From Octopus sinensis (Eukaryota), in the NCBI RefSeq assembly GCF_006345805.1, contig NC_043000.1, positions 147,560,001 through 147,624,000 on the forward strand: 64,000 nt of DNA, written 5' to 3'. Shown here piece by piece: positions 11,730 through 24,597 of this stretch; the first letter of the stretch is position 1; each line of letters opens with the position of its first letter. Position numbers and translations under genes: made by a program. Below the pieces are notes generated by a model. It was not told the DNA's origin. It did no database searches and was given only the letters and a program-made list of their open reading frames with translations.

Positions 11730-13960
11730 CACTGGACAACAAAGATTTTGCTACTGGAGTAAAAGCATGTGTTTTAGATTAATGGGGATGCTGACTCTGA
11801 ATCCACACTCAGAATTGTTCTAGCATGTCAGGATTTTGAGTTGTGTGCATGAGCAAGATTATAACTATACTTTCGGCTAGATATAGGCCGTATTATAAAA
11901 TTTGCTAAAATGAAAGTGGTCTTGATTCAAAATTAAAGAATTAACAGCAATAAAACAAACGATGCGAAAGTTCATTATTTAGTTTAGCAATAGATGGTGC
12001 TAATGTATTATGTGCAAGCACTAAATACATCAGTTTCTTCTTGGTAATTCTCAGTGTTGTTTGCACTGCAGTCGTGTGTGGTATATGTATCTCTTGCTCT
12101 GCGTGATTACTGTTTCAACTGTGTTCATTGTGTTGAATCACCCAGACAACTTTTATTATGTCTGTGGAAAATTTGCTCCATGTGACCAACTGAAGAACAT
12201 TACTATCAAATTAAAAACTGCTTATAAATATTATTTTGGGTGTAAAATTAGGGACCAAGACAAGAGGTGGACACCTTATATATGCTGCACTATATTACTC
12301 AGGGCTTACACAGTGGCTGAATGGAAAACAGAAGGGAATGCCTTTTGCTAAGCCAATGGTATGGCATGAGCCAACTATTCATGTCTCTGATTGTTACCAA
12401 AGCAAAAATTGTGTATGCAGATTGTAAGTCAGCTCTAAAATTGCTCCCACGTGATTTCAAGAACCCTACCCCAGTTCTCCTCTCACATGATTCATTTGAA
12501 GACCTTGACATGTCACACAATGAACCCCCTGATTCTCCTATTGACAAAAAGTATGTAGTTGATTCTAAGAAAAACAACCCACACTTGTTTAATCAAGATT
12601 TGAACGATTTGGTAAGAGGCCTAGCATTGTCAAAGGAGAAAACAAGTTTTAGGATCCAGATTACAACAACAGAATCTCCTACAGCAAGGTATGAAAATTT
12701 CCATTTTCTGTTCTCACCATGAAGGCTTTATCTGTCTTTTTCGAGCAAGAAAATAATGCTTGTCTCTGTACTGACATTAATGCACTCATGCAAAAACTAG
12801 GATGTGCATATGGCTAACGAATGGAGATTGTCTGTGGACCCAAGTATGGTTAGCCACAAATCTGTGTTGTTACATGATGGTAATGAAAAACCTTCCATTC
12901 CTGTGGGTCATGTTGTCGGTATGGAAAAATTTATGAATCAATGGAACTCATTCTGAAAGGAGTTAATTACTCAGTTCATAAGTGGAATATTTGTGGTGAT
13001 TTAAAGGTGATTTCCCTCCTCCTAGGACTGCAGCTGGGAGATACCAAAAATATGTGCTTCTTGTGTGTTTGGAACAGCTGCAACAACAGCAATCACTAAA
13101 CTGTAAAAGACTGGCCTAAAAGAGATTGGCACATAGTTGGTCGGTACAATGTGCAGCATATGCTACTGGTAGACCCTGCAAAAGATCTTCCTTTCACCCC
13201 TTCACATCAAACTCAGGCTCATGAAAAGCTTTGTAAAAACAATGACATACGATGGATGTGGCTTCCAGTACCTAAAAGTAAAATTAGGTGCAAAGAAAAG
13301 TGACGCTAAACTGAAAGCAGGCATTTTCATTGGAACCAAGATCAGAGAATCGATGTTTGATAGCAAATTCAGCGGTAAACTGAATCCAGTTGAATTGACG
13401 GCATGGGATTCATTCGTGTTAGTTGTACAGAACTTTCTTGGAAATCATAGAGCTGAAAACTGCTGATTTAATAAACAACATGCTAACAGTGTATGAAAGA
13501 ATGGGATGCCAAATGCACTTCTTGCATTCCCATCTCAATTTTTTTCCCAACAAATTTTTGTCCTGTTAGTGATGAGCATGGTTAGAGGTTCCACCAGGAC
13601 ATAGCTGAGGTGGAAACACGGTATCAAGGCCGATTCAATCCACATGTGATGGGTGACTACTGCTAGTTCCTACAACAGGAGACCATCACGATGCATAAGC
13701 ACAAGAGCAAGTGTCTCAAACATTTCTGAGCTTAGTGTATCAAAAATAAGTTGAGTATTCCCTTAACATAAATATACTATGTACCATTATATTATAATAC
13801 TATTTGCCTTGAACATAAATATACTATATACAGTACTATTATACTATTATGATAATTATTTACCATGAACTTAACTATTCCTGATACTAATATAGTATTA
13901 ATATATAATTATGCACATATATATAACACTACTGTAACTACAAAAGGTAAATCAAGTTAG
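11730..13960 (+). mobile_element. Decayed Chapaev3-like (CMC) DNA transposon, copy 1. Right end not found.
   Basis: tta|CACTGGACAACAAAGATTTT left end (CAC terminus after TWA). Subterminal gatgctgactctgaatc...tctagcatgtcaggatttt. Transposase pseudogene inside. Family assignment is from recalled motifs, and the right boundary is approximate. Confidence 0.7.
12110..13729 (+). pseudogene. Transposase pseudogene (Chapaev3-like)
   Basis: Ordered motifs across frames: NHPDNFYYVCG, YFGCKIRDQDKRWTPYICC, WLNGK..MPFAKPMVWHEP..HVSDCY, DLNDLVRGLALSKEK, KWNICGDLKVISLLLGLQLG, LHIKLRLMKSFV, SDAKLKAGIFIG, NFLGNHRAEN, MHFLHSHL, VSDEHG*RFHQDI, RYQGR, MGDYC*. Multiple stops and frameshifts. Confidence 0.88.
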
Positions 13961-14993
13961 TCATATTTTTGTAGCTTCAGAGTTTTCTGAGATTTACAGC
14001 TCCTTTGTTATGTTGTCAATAAACAGGATGTCTTTGAATCCAAATTTAGCGTACATGTCTTAAGATTTGACAAAATTTTTTGGTAACTCTATTACAATTA
14101 GGCCATTAAATACAAGCACTTGCTTTCTTCAGTGTTCGTGGTACATCCATATATATAATGTTGTGAATTGTGGGGAAAAAATGAAAACAAAACTTACAAG
14201 CTGGTTATCTTTGTTTTTGCATTAGATCCAAAAATGTTAGCCTTTTGAGATAATACTTAATTCAGGTTTAGTTATTTTTGCAGCAGCACATTTTAAAATC
14301 TTCATGTGAACAATCTTGTATTGTTTGTGGGATATAGATCTTTCAGTTTGATTGCATTAATAGCACATAATGCAAAGAATTTTGGCTTGGCCAATCCAAA
14401 TTTAGTGTCTTCTTTTGGCAGTTTTGAGTTAAAAACTATTAGCTATGCATTTATCTCTTCAGTATTATCAAGATTTAAGTGTTTATTAGATACTATTATA
14501 ATGTTGTTAGTTAATTATTAATTACACATCTTTGATGCTAATTGTTGTGTTATCAATAACTAATCTTTTCGTTACTAACAAGGCCGTAGCCACTTGAAAT
14601 GTTTTTTTTTTTTAGTATTATCAAACCACCCGAAACCAGCGGAAATTACCTATTCATATTTTAATGAGAACTTCAGCGCAAATCTCATTAGTAGATTCAT
14701 GAAAACACGTGGTTTCACTGTGTAAACGATTGAGTTTTTCAGCAATTACTGTACATGATATCTGAGCACTGTGAATTTTTGGAGATTTGTTTTTTCCACT
14801 TCAATCTTCTTCTGAAATGTTTCACCAAGGAAGGAAAATGGATACTATTTTCATGTTGTGGAGCAGTGAATTTGAAATCCAAGTATTTTCATAAGACACG
14901 AAAAAATCTAAGAAAATATATGACATAAAAACCACATGTGATTATTAATTGGGCATTTCTTTTTTCCACAATTGAAACGATTCTGGCAACAGT

Positions 14994-15396
14994 TACTCTT
15001 TACTCTTTTACTTGTTTCAGTCATTTGACTGCGGCCATGCTGGAGCACCGCCTTTAATCGAGCAACTCGACCCTAGGACTTATTCTTTTTGTAAGCCCAG
15101 TACTTATTCTATCGGTCTCTTTTGCCGAACCGCTAAGTAACGGGGACATAAACACCCCAGCATCGGTTGTCAAGCAATGCTAGGGGGACAAACACAGACA
15201 CACAAACACACACACGCATATATACATATATATGACGGGCTTCTTTTCAGTTTCCGTCTACCAAATTCACTCACAAGGCTTTGGTCGGCTCGAGGCTATA
15301 GTAGAAGACACTTGCCCAAGGTGCCACGCAGTGGGACTGAACCCGGAACCATGTGGTTGGTAAACAAGCTACTTACCACACAGCCACTCCTGCGCC
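14994..15396 (-). mobile_element. SINE family A, full length
   Basis: Begins ggcgcaggagtggctgtgtgg on the minus strand and ends in the (gtaaaga)n tail. Confidence 0.92.
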
Positions 15397-16190
15397 TGAT
15401 AGATATTTTAAAGTTTCTCACATACTTGGAAGAAAGTTAGAAATCCAAGCACTTTTAGAAATAGTGTGTGTGAGAGAGAGAGAATTTGATTTATAAATAT
15501 TTAAATATTTTTTTCTGAATTTAACTCATTTTTATTTATTTTTTATTTACTTGTAATTTACCTGTAAAATGTGTGACAAAGTTTGATTAATTGGGATTGT
15601 AAATTGTGATTGTATGTTGTGATTGTATGTGTTTCTGTGAATGTATGTATATGTGTGAGTTTATTTCATTTAGTTGATGACATATATTTGTTTCCTAGTT
15701 TTCCTCAAAGACAGGTTCCAGTATTCCATTCTGTTTTACCTTTATGATACTCTTGTCTTATGTGAATCTAATAAATAAACTAGTAATTTGCACAATTCTC
15801 AATTAAAATTTTGATTAGTCATTAATTATTAGCTGATAACAAAATTTATATTTTGTTGAATTTAGCTGTAATCAGATTCACTTTGAGACAATTATTATGA
15901 AACAGATTTGATTAAGAACCTTTTGTTAAATTGTGTTCCAAAAATGACATTAATATTTTGATAAATAAAAAAAAGATTCGTTTGATGAAACCAGTCTAAA
16001 TTCATGATTATTGTAGAATTTGAAACATATAAGGGTGTATTTTGGTTAGATATATAGAAGTGAATGGGTTAACTTTCAGGTATCTATCATGATGCCACAT
16101 TAACGAAGACCCAGAAAACTAAAGGGAAAAAAAGAGAGATGGAAAATTGCAAGTGCATTTCATTCATGCTCCATGTTTACTTTGCATGCG

Positions 16191-16225
<35 letters not shown>

Positions 16226-16689
16226 GTGTGTGTGTATGTTAATAATAGTGTTAATGTTTAGAACACTATACATATTGCAATATGTTATAATATGAATCTG
16301 GATGTTTTTCCAAAATCTATTTGGTGGGATGGAGAACAATTATTGACTTGTATTCTCTGTCTGGATAGCAAGGCAGGCAAATGGTTAAGAGGATAAAATC
16401 AATCCCAGGTGAGATATATGTTGTCCAATATAGATTATCAGCATCATAGCTCACACTAGTAGTAGTAATGTAATATAGGAAACAGACTGTTGGAGAAATG
16501 TATAAAGTCACTCTATAAATGGTTTTCAGCTTTTAGTGTTGTCTATAAGTAGGTTTTAGTTAAATTGTATTAGCCATCCAGCTGATTCTTCAATATTATG
16601 AAAATTTATACCTATAAAAAAATAAAACAACAATCTAGTTGTTGTTTAGCCCCAGGTCAACCCTGATCAAGTAATGATGGACAGAACAC

Positions 16690-16990
16690 AAATGAACTGA
16701 GAAGAAATTTTATTGAAAGAGGTATCTGTTGTAGTGTGCTAGAGATAAGATTGTCTTCATACATGTGATGTGTATGGCTGACTGTTAGGCAAAGAAGTGC
16801 TAAGCAATTCAAGTAGAAGAAAGCTGAGAAAAAAAGAGAACCAAAGAAGACATCGGAAGAAGTGGTGAAAACTGGTCTCCAGAGGCTAAAGCCCAGGAAA
16901 CCACTAAGGAGATGACAAAATACTGTAAGTGGTGAGATATTGTACTGAAGAAGATTCAGTTAATCGATGCAAGCTTGAAAAAATGGGCTA
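16690..16990 (+). mobile_element. Very old RTE C-terminal remnant
   Basis: Weak similarity to 52262-52540 (tgttgtagtgtgctagagataagattg, aagaagtgc, gaagtggtgaa, gagatgacaaaa). Confidence 0.45.
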
Positions 16991-17857
16991 AAAGTGTAGT
17001 GTAGTGGTGGAGGCAGCACTGATTAACTCTAGGATTTGTAGCATATTAGAAAGAAGAAAAAACAACTTTTATATATACAAGGTTGCCAGTAAGAATAGGC
17101 AGTGGTGCGGAAAACCTTGAAGAAAGGTGAGAACAAGTATATTCAGATAGTATATGTAGAATTGTGTGTAGCAAGTTCATTTATCAAAGAGACAGAAAAT
17201 GAAATCACTTGCACTAAAGTCTTTGAAAATGTTTCAATAATGCTAGTGGCATTCTAGAATTAAGTCTACTTTAGTCAATAGTGAAAAGGAAAAAATTAAA
17301 AACATTATAGTGTGTGTGTGTATCTTTATATTCCACTTTTACCACTTACAGTTATAGTCCTTGCCTATTCTAATTGATAAGATAATTATTCAAAGTGACA
17401 TTAAACAGTGATTCAAAGTGCAATTCATAGCAAAATAAACAACAGTTCAAGTAATATAAAATAGTAGTTTATATGTTTGTACAAAAGGTTGTGAGTGCAG
17501 ATCTAAATTAGTTAGCAATTCATAATTGGTTTTAAAATGTCAACATTTGAAAATGCTTAGTTTCATTTGTGTGCATGAATGAATACAAATTCATTTTGAA
17601 AGTCTTGCATGGTTCAAAAAAGATAATTTTGTTTTGGTAAAAATGAGAAAAACAAATGCACAATTTTTTTTTTTTTTTTAACCTGAGTTAGCAGAAATAG
17701 TTAATGCTTTGTGAGACTACCTGATTGAGTAGTTGTATTCAAAGTAGAGATTTTCTTGATGCAGTGCAGGTTGAAGGACATGTGTGTGCGATGCAGTTTG
17801 GAACAAGCTGTGGTCAAATTGTCATATGAAGGTCCTGTGTAAGAGAAATTTGTCATT

Positions 17858-18046
17858 GCCTTTAGCATTCAGATTACTTTGTCTTCTTTTGAATTCTGTA
17901 TTATCTTGTAGTATCAAGATTTCTATGATGTAATTGTTTATTTTTAGAATAACATTGCAGGGTAAGTGAGTGATCAGATCTGGCCAATTTGAACATAAAA
18001 CGTGTAGAATATTTGGGCTGGATATGGCTAGTTTAAATACTAAAAG
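17858..18046. mobile_element. TTAA-type MITE T2, degraded copy
   Basis: cctttagcattcagattac ... tagaataacattgcagggta ... tttaaatactaaaagg, shared with 10602-10826. Confidence 0.6.
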
Positions 18047-19189
18047 GCTCATGTCTTGTAAGTGGGCTTCATGAGTGGAAAAAGCTGATGTCAATGTGAC
18101 ATTTTTTTTTATTATTATAATATGACCTGTTTATTTGGTAGTTTGTAGAGAAAAGCAAAATTCGATAGTGCTGGCAAAGCTGTAATGGTTGGTAAACTAA
18201 ACTGCATGATTAATCTGAATAACTGATCTGCGTACCTGTTTGATTGCTGTAATGGTCAAATGAAAATTGAGAGATGTTTGTATCTTATCAGGGGACTCTG
18301 TAAAGGTGAGAGCTGTCAGTGAAAAACCACCAAAGAGCATGCTATTGAGGTATGGCTTCAAAAGGCTAAAGTGTATGCTTGTGGTAGTAGATTGTTTGGG
18401 TTCATTTCCAGTATAACTCTGACTTCCAAAGTGGGAATAGCATGGAATGTTTAATTCAGAACATAAATTGTTCAAATTCATGTTTTAAGATCATCATGAG
18501 TGGCTAACAAATCTGTATTCAAAGGAAGATAGCAGTTTTAACAGCGTACTTTTTTTTTTTTTTTTCACAAGAAGGCAGACTGAATTTCATTGTCACCTTG
18601 ATAGCAAACTGGTTAACTTGTTGCTGCTGTTGATTCTACAGTCACTGAGTAGCCATGATGACTGATTCTCAATTATGTAAGCTTCAAATCGAATCTGTGG
18701 TTGCTAGATCATATCATTACCCTGCCATAAACATACTTTTCCTTTTTCTTAAACAATTCACTATACCCTAAAAAGCGATGAGTTGTGTGTCATTACTAAC
18801 TGTAAGGACTGCAGGCTAGAGAAAGGAAGTTATGGAGGCTTCAGTTTATCTTAATAGATAAAAGAATTAAGCTAATTAAGTGGGAACATTTAATTAAAGC
18901 TATGTACATAGTAAGCTGTTTGACATACATTAATACATCACATTTTCTAGGGTATTTTGTTAAATATAAATGACTACACTCTGTGAATCATAGCATTGCC
19001 AGTTATAAGTTTCGAAGGGGGCTAGCATGGATTCACTGCATTTCTGCCAGCAAGAATAACAAGGGATTCTCAACTGGTGCAAGGAAAATCATTTCTAAAA
19101 GGGCCATTTTCTCATTTTCTCACTAATGTTTATATTCTATATTGATGTAAACCAGTGGAAGATATATAAATATGCCAGGACCCCTGGAC

Positions 19190-19510
19190 TGGTGGTACGT
19201 AGAAAGCACTATCCGAATCGTGGCCGATGCCAGCGCCACCTCGACTGGCTTCCGTGCCGGTGGCACGTAAAATGCACCAATCCGACCGTAGCTGTTGCCA
19301 GCTTCGCCTGGCACCTGTGCGGGTGGCACGTAAAAAGCACCCACTACACTCACGGAGTGGTTGGCGTTAGGAAGGGCATCCAGCTGTAGAAACATTGCCA
19401 GATAAGACTGGAGCCTGGTGCAGCCTTCTGGCTTCCCAGATCCCCGGTCGAACCGTCCAACCCATGCTAGCATGGAGAACGGACGTTAAACGATGATGAT
19501 GATGATGATG
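19190..19510 (+). mobile_element. 5'-truncated RTE 3' tail (family C) with ~65-nt repeat units and a (gat)n end
   Basis: gtgccggtggcacgtaaaa units, gagtggttggcgttaggaagggcatccagctgtagaaac core, ggacgttaaac(gat)n. The same tail is attached to RTE ORF sequence at 27630-28344 and 53599-54900. Confidence 0.88.
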
Positions 19511-20319
19511 CATGGCTGTGTAGTTAAGAAGTTTACTTCTCAACTTTATAGTTTCACATTCAGTTCCACTGTGTATCATGTCTGACCAACAGGAAATATT
19601 ACCTTGCTATGAAACAAATACGGGTTGATGACAGGCAGAACATCCTTCTGTAGAAAATTTGCCTCAATAAACTCTGTCCAAAGCATGCAAACATTGTAAT
19701 GCAGAAGTTGAAATGATGATTAGTATTACCAATCATTTAACAGGTAATTTTGGAAGTACACTTTCGCCATTATAGGTAATATCAGGAAAATATAGTTGCC
19801 TGATGTTTTATCACGCCTTCCCACTTTCCCATTCATGACATGGGAGCAGTTTTGAACATAATTTCTACTGAGTTTGCCATTTCACTTGATTTACACTAAA
19901 ATTGATATGCTGATTTCAAAACTACAGTCAGTTTTCTTCCATCATGTCAAACTTTTTTCTACAGCTTACTCTCTGAATAAGCACAATAGTATTGTTTGTC
20001 TGTATGCAATAGGGCTGGTCAGCTGCTTTTATTATTTTATTGATAACACTGAAACTTTTTAAAAATAAATTTTGACTTCCCTTGCTTTTTACAATTAGCC
20101 CTACCTAATTTGATGGTGCTGGATTCAGAAATGCCTTTAGAAATTTTCTATCGTGTCAAGTTTTTTTGTTAAACTGGAATGAATTTGTTTACTAAAAAAT
20201 GTTGATTTTGCCACTAAATCTGATAGTATAACAGAAACTAACACAAACCAAATAGTACTTTTATTGTTTAACAAACATATTACACAAAATGTTTAATTAC
20301 ACATTTTAGGATAGATATT

Positions 20320-20735
20320 CCAGCGCCGCTTCGACTGGCTTCCGTGTTGGTGGCACGTAAAAAGCACCATCCAGATTGTGGCCGAAGCCAGTGCCACCTC
20401 GACTGGCTTCTGTGTCGGTGGCACGTAAAAAGCACCATCCGAATCGTGGCCGAAGCCAGCGCCGCCTCGACTGGCTTCCGTGTAGGTGGCACGTAAAATG
20501 CACCAATCCGTCCGTGGCCGATGCCAGCCTCGCCTGGCACCAGTGCAGGTGGCACGTAAAAAGCACCCATTACACTCTCGGAGTGGTTGGCGTTAGGAAG
20601 GGTATCCAGCTGTAGAAACTTTGCCAGATAAGACCGGAGCCTGGTGCAGCCTTCTGGCTTCCCAGATCCCCGGTCGAACCGTCCAACCCATGCTAGCATG
20701 GAGAACGGACGTTAAACGATGATGATGATGATGAT
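20320..20735 (+). mobile_element. RTE 3' tail (family C), four repeat units
   Basis: Four ggtggcacgtaaaa units spaced ~67 nt, then the conserved core and (gat)n. Confidence 0.88.
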
Positions 20736-21410
20736 TTCTGTCAAATATCCAAGGAGTGAACTTTCTCTTTACTGCTTTGTATGAATAACTTGCATCATGA
20801 CATTCTCTTTGCAGAGACCACCTGTAGCCAGCCATCATGTTTGTGCTCCACCTACCTTGGTGACTGCACAGGAAGTGCACTTTTGTGCTCATGTTGTAGC
20901 CCAGTGCTCAAAAAACTGGTTAACAGGGTCTGCACATGTTCATAATTTGATGACTTCCTGTTTCCCAGGAAATTAGGCACAACTGCGATAAAAGAATTCC
21001 ATGTTTCTTTTTCTAGGTCAGACATGATCTCCAAAACCTGTTCATCCTGTAATAACCTAATCTGTATGTAGCCTGTCAAACCCACCAGCCTTAATTTTCT
21101 CATAAGACAAAATTGGAAACTTTCAGCTTAAGTATTTGAAGCTGTCACTGTCTCTGTGTTTCAACACATGTATTACACACAATATGGGGTAGCCAGACTT
21201 TATTTTGATCACCCAGTTTTATGCTAAAGCAAGCTTCCTTCACAAAATGGGATTTTGTTTTACTGCTTAGGTAAAGTGTAACATCCACAAATATAGCAGA
21301 AAACATCAAGGCTGTTTTTGCATTTTCTTCTCTCACAACTGACCATATTTTTGAAATACAAAACATATTCGAGTCAGTTGTCACCTGGGAAAAGCATTTT
21401 CAGAATTGTT

Positions 21411-21571
21411 GGCAGGAGTGGCTGTGTGGTAAGTACCTTGGTTACCAACTGCATGGTTCCGGGTTCAGTCCCACTGCGTGGCATCTTGGGCAAGTGTCTT
21501 CTACTATAGCCCCGGGCCGACCAATGCCTTGTGAGTGGATTTGATAGACGGAAACTGAAAGAAGCCCGTCG

Positions 21572-21612
<41 letters not shown>

Positions 21613-21832
21613 ATGTTTGTGTGTCTGTGTTTGTCCCCCTAGCATTGCTTGACAACCGATGCTGGTGTGTTTACGTCGCCGTAACTTAGCGGTTCGGCAA
21701 AAGCGACCGATAGAATAAGTACTGGGCTTACAAAGAATAAGTCCCGGGATCGATTTGTTCGACTAAAGGCGGTGCTCCAGCATGGCCGCAGTCAAATGAC
21801 TGAAACAAGTAAAAGAGTAAAGAGTAAAGAGT
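21411..21832 (+). mobile_element. SINE family A
   Basis: Complete head-to-tail copy with internal (TA)n(TG)n. Confidence 0.92.
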
Positions 21833-22250
21833 TATAAAGTAAGCAAATGCAGATTTGTGATGGCAAAATTTCATAAAGAGCATATGTATCATGTATCTAC
21901 AGCTCTTTGACCATACTTGACCAAAAGTGACCTTAACCCATGTGACCTCACAATTAAAACATTAAGGCGACATTCAAAATACCAATTTTCATAAGAAATA
22001 GTTAAAGATTCAACAAAACATGTTTCACCTGGTTTACAATGATAGTCACACTAAATCAAGCACTGCATGATTATATCTGCTGACAACTTCCACAAATATG
22101 AGACAGGTATGATGTCAAGGATAACAGAAATGTGGTGTTTGTTAGCATCTAATTATATAAAGGACATTTCTGTCATCCTGACATTTAAAACTGGTCAGGT
22201 TGAAAATAGTGAAAGTTGCTCAATGGATGCATTTTATTTATTGAAAATAC

Positions 22251-22478
22251 TTAACTCTTTTGTTACTGTATTTATTTTGAGATGCTCTGTATTTCTTTCA
22301 AATACTTTCAATATAACAAAGAATTTAGTAAAATAACTTAGTTATCATTAAGCTAGTGTTAGGAACATAAATTGTGACTAAGGTTTGGTGGAAGATTTTA
22401 ATTCAAAACTTATGAAAACTAAACATTTGTACTCAGAGCCAGAGCCAGTTTCAGCCGGGTTGGTATCAAAAGGGTTAA
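22251..22478. mobile_element. TTAA-type MITE T1, complete
   Basis: TTAActcttttgttac ... gtatcaaaagggTTAA. Homologous to 2452-2670 and a decayed copy at ~29730-29950. Confidence 0.8.
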
Positions 22479-22995
22479 ATTATGACTTTGTTTTCACTTT
22501 TGTAATTGCATTTTCTTTAAATGACATTGAAAAACTGTATGTTTTCAAAATAGATCCATACATTGGTCTGCATTTGATGAAGCCACATCTCTCTTTAGAA
22601 ATGGTGACAACACCTGAAATGTTGAAAAATAAACATTTGAGTTTGTGAAAAATCTTGATGTGATAGAGCAAAATGGATTTCAGTTTTGGAATCAGCACTC
22701 CAAAATTAGAAGAAAATATGTCTATAACACTAGACAAAACAAAATTATGTGCAATGTGTTTGTTGGAAGCAGTATAGTTCCTATTAAAATGTATTAATGT
22801 TCTCATGTATGTATTTAAGCATTGATTGCTTTAAATAAATTTCCGAGAGCTTTTTTTTTCAAGATCTTTGTAAGATTTTCATTAATCGCTTAGAGACTTA
22901 AGACTTGCTTCTTTATTTCACACACCCTTTCACTCTCCTATCAGTCACTCCCCCACTACCATCTTGATGTTATTCTTCTAAATTTTATCAACATA

Positions 22996-23370
22996 GGCGC
23001 AGGATTGGCTGTGTGGTAAGTAGCTTGTTTACTAACCACATGGTTCCGGGTTCAGTCCCACTGCGTGGCACCTTGGGCAAGTGTCTTCTACTATAGCCTC
23101 GGGCCGACCAATGCCTTGTGAGTGGATTTGGTAGATGGAAACTGAAAGAAGCCTGTCGTATATATGTATATGTGTATGTGTGTGTGTGTTTGTCCCCCTA
23201 GCATTGCTTGACAACCGATGCTGGTGTGTTTATGTCCCCCATCACTTAGCGGTTCAGATAAAATAAGTACTGGGCTGACAAAGAATAAGTCCCGGGGTCG
23301 ATTTGCTCGACTAAAGGCGGTGCTCCAGCATGGCCGCAGTCAAATGACTGAAACAAGTAAAAGCGTAAGA
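22996..23370 (+). mobile_element. SINE family A
   Basis: ggcgcaggattggctgtgtgg head through gactgaaacaagtaaaag tail. Confidence 0.9.
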
Positions 23371-23501
23371 ATATAAACACAATCAGTTTCATCGAAAACT
23401 TATTTCAGTGAAATTTTATATAAAGATATGTGTTTTTCAGAAAGTTATCATTGCCTGCTACCTAGCCTCATATGTGCACTCATCCTACACCTATTACATT
23501 A

Positions 23502-23559
<58 letters not shown>

Positions 23560-23847
23560 GCTGGAGAAATCAATCAACTAGCACATTGACATTTATATCA
23601 GCTGTTATTATATAGAGACACATAAACATATACAAAACTCCACAAAGTTACTGCTTCTTTACTTCTTCCTACCAACTACTTGTCAAGTTTGTTCTCCTGC
23701 TTAAACTACATTTATGTGTCTGTGTGTTGCCTACACTATGTGACTTTCAGCATCTTTACTATCCATCTACCACTGCTTGTCAGTTTTAATGCTCTCCCCT
23801 CTCAGACTTGAACTTTTTATGTTAACTCTCTTTGTATCCCTCTTTTG

Positions 23848-23885
<38 letters not shown>

Positions 23886-24198
23886 CACTTTGTACTAAGT
23901 AAATTGTAACTGGAGAGATCAACCAAAAACCAACATTTATATCAGTTATATATATGGATGTGTGTGTGTTCCTATCATCATCATCATCATTTTAACGTCC
24001 ACTATTCTATGCTTGCAATGAGTTGGATGGAGTTTATTGAGGTAGATTTTCTATGGTCAGGTGTCTTTATCACCAACCCTCACCTGTTTCTAAGCAAGGT
24101 AATATTTCTCCTTGGCCAAACATATTCTCGCTGAATATTGAAAATGAATGATACTGCTTGTGTGACAGTAACACTTATTTTACAAATATTATATGATA

Positions 24199-24597
24199 CT
24201 AGCAGTATCGCCCGGCGTTGCTCGGGTTTGTAAGGGAAATAACTATAAAGAATTTTTAGAGAGTTATAGCCAAAAAATAGCAAAAAAAATGCATTAAAAA
24301 TGGGGAAAAAAATTATGGTAAATTTTTTTTTTAATCATTGACTCATCGTAGACATTTTTAGAGAGTTACTTCCCTTATATAATAGCGAAAAAATGCATTA
24401 AAATGGAAAAAAATGATGGTAAATTATTTTTTAAATCGTAGACTCATCGTAGATGCGCGCTAATACCCAGAAGGGCTCGATATGAATCACGACTATAAGA
24501 TACCCGGTTTTGGTTAAACTGCACCGCAAAATGTGGAAGTAGTTAGGAATCTAAATCGTAGGAGACAGACACACAACCTTACTTTTATATATAACGA
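24199..24597 (-). mobile_element. Non-autonomous Helitron-like element H1
   Basis: a|CTAGcagtatcgcccggcgttgctcggg at the left and cttttatatataacGA|t at the right. Reverse complement of 10094-10469. Confidence 0.82.

Larger units (their letters stand above)
20047..22758 (-). mobile_element. Internally deleted Chapaev3-like transposon, copy 2, with three nested insertions
   Basis: Minus-strand peptides FSIKLGDQNKVWLPHIVCNTC, QIRLLQDEQ...WNSFIAVVPNFLGNRKSSNY, MSTKVHFLCSH|QGRWSTNMMAGYRWSLQRE (~20780-21260). Left end taa|CACTG at 20047. The gtgctg(g)attc..aa...tctatc..gtcaag subterminal motif occurs at ~20116-20160 and inverted at ~22650-22700. The right terminus is imperfect. Confidence 0.65.
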
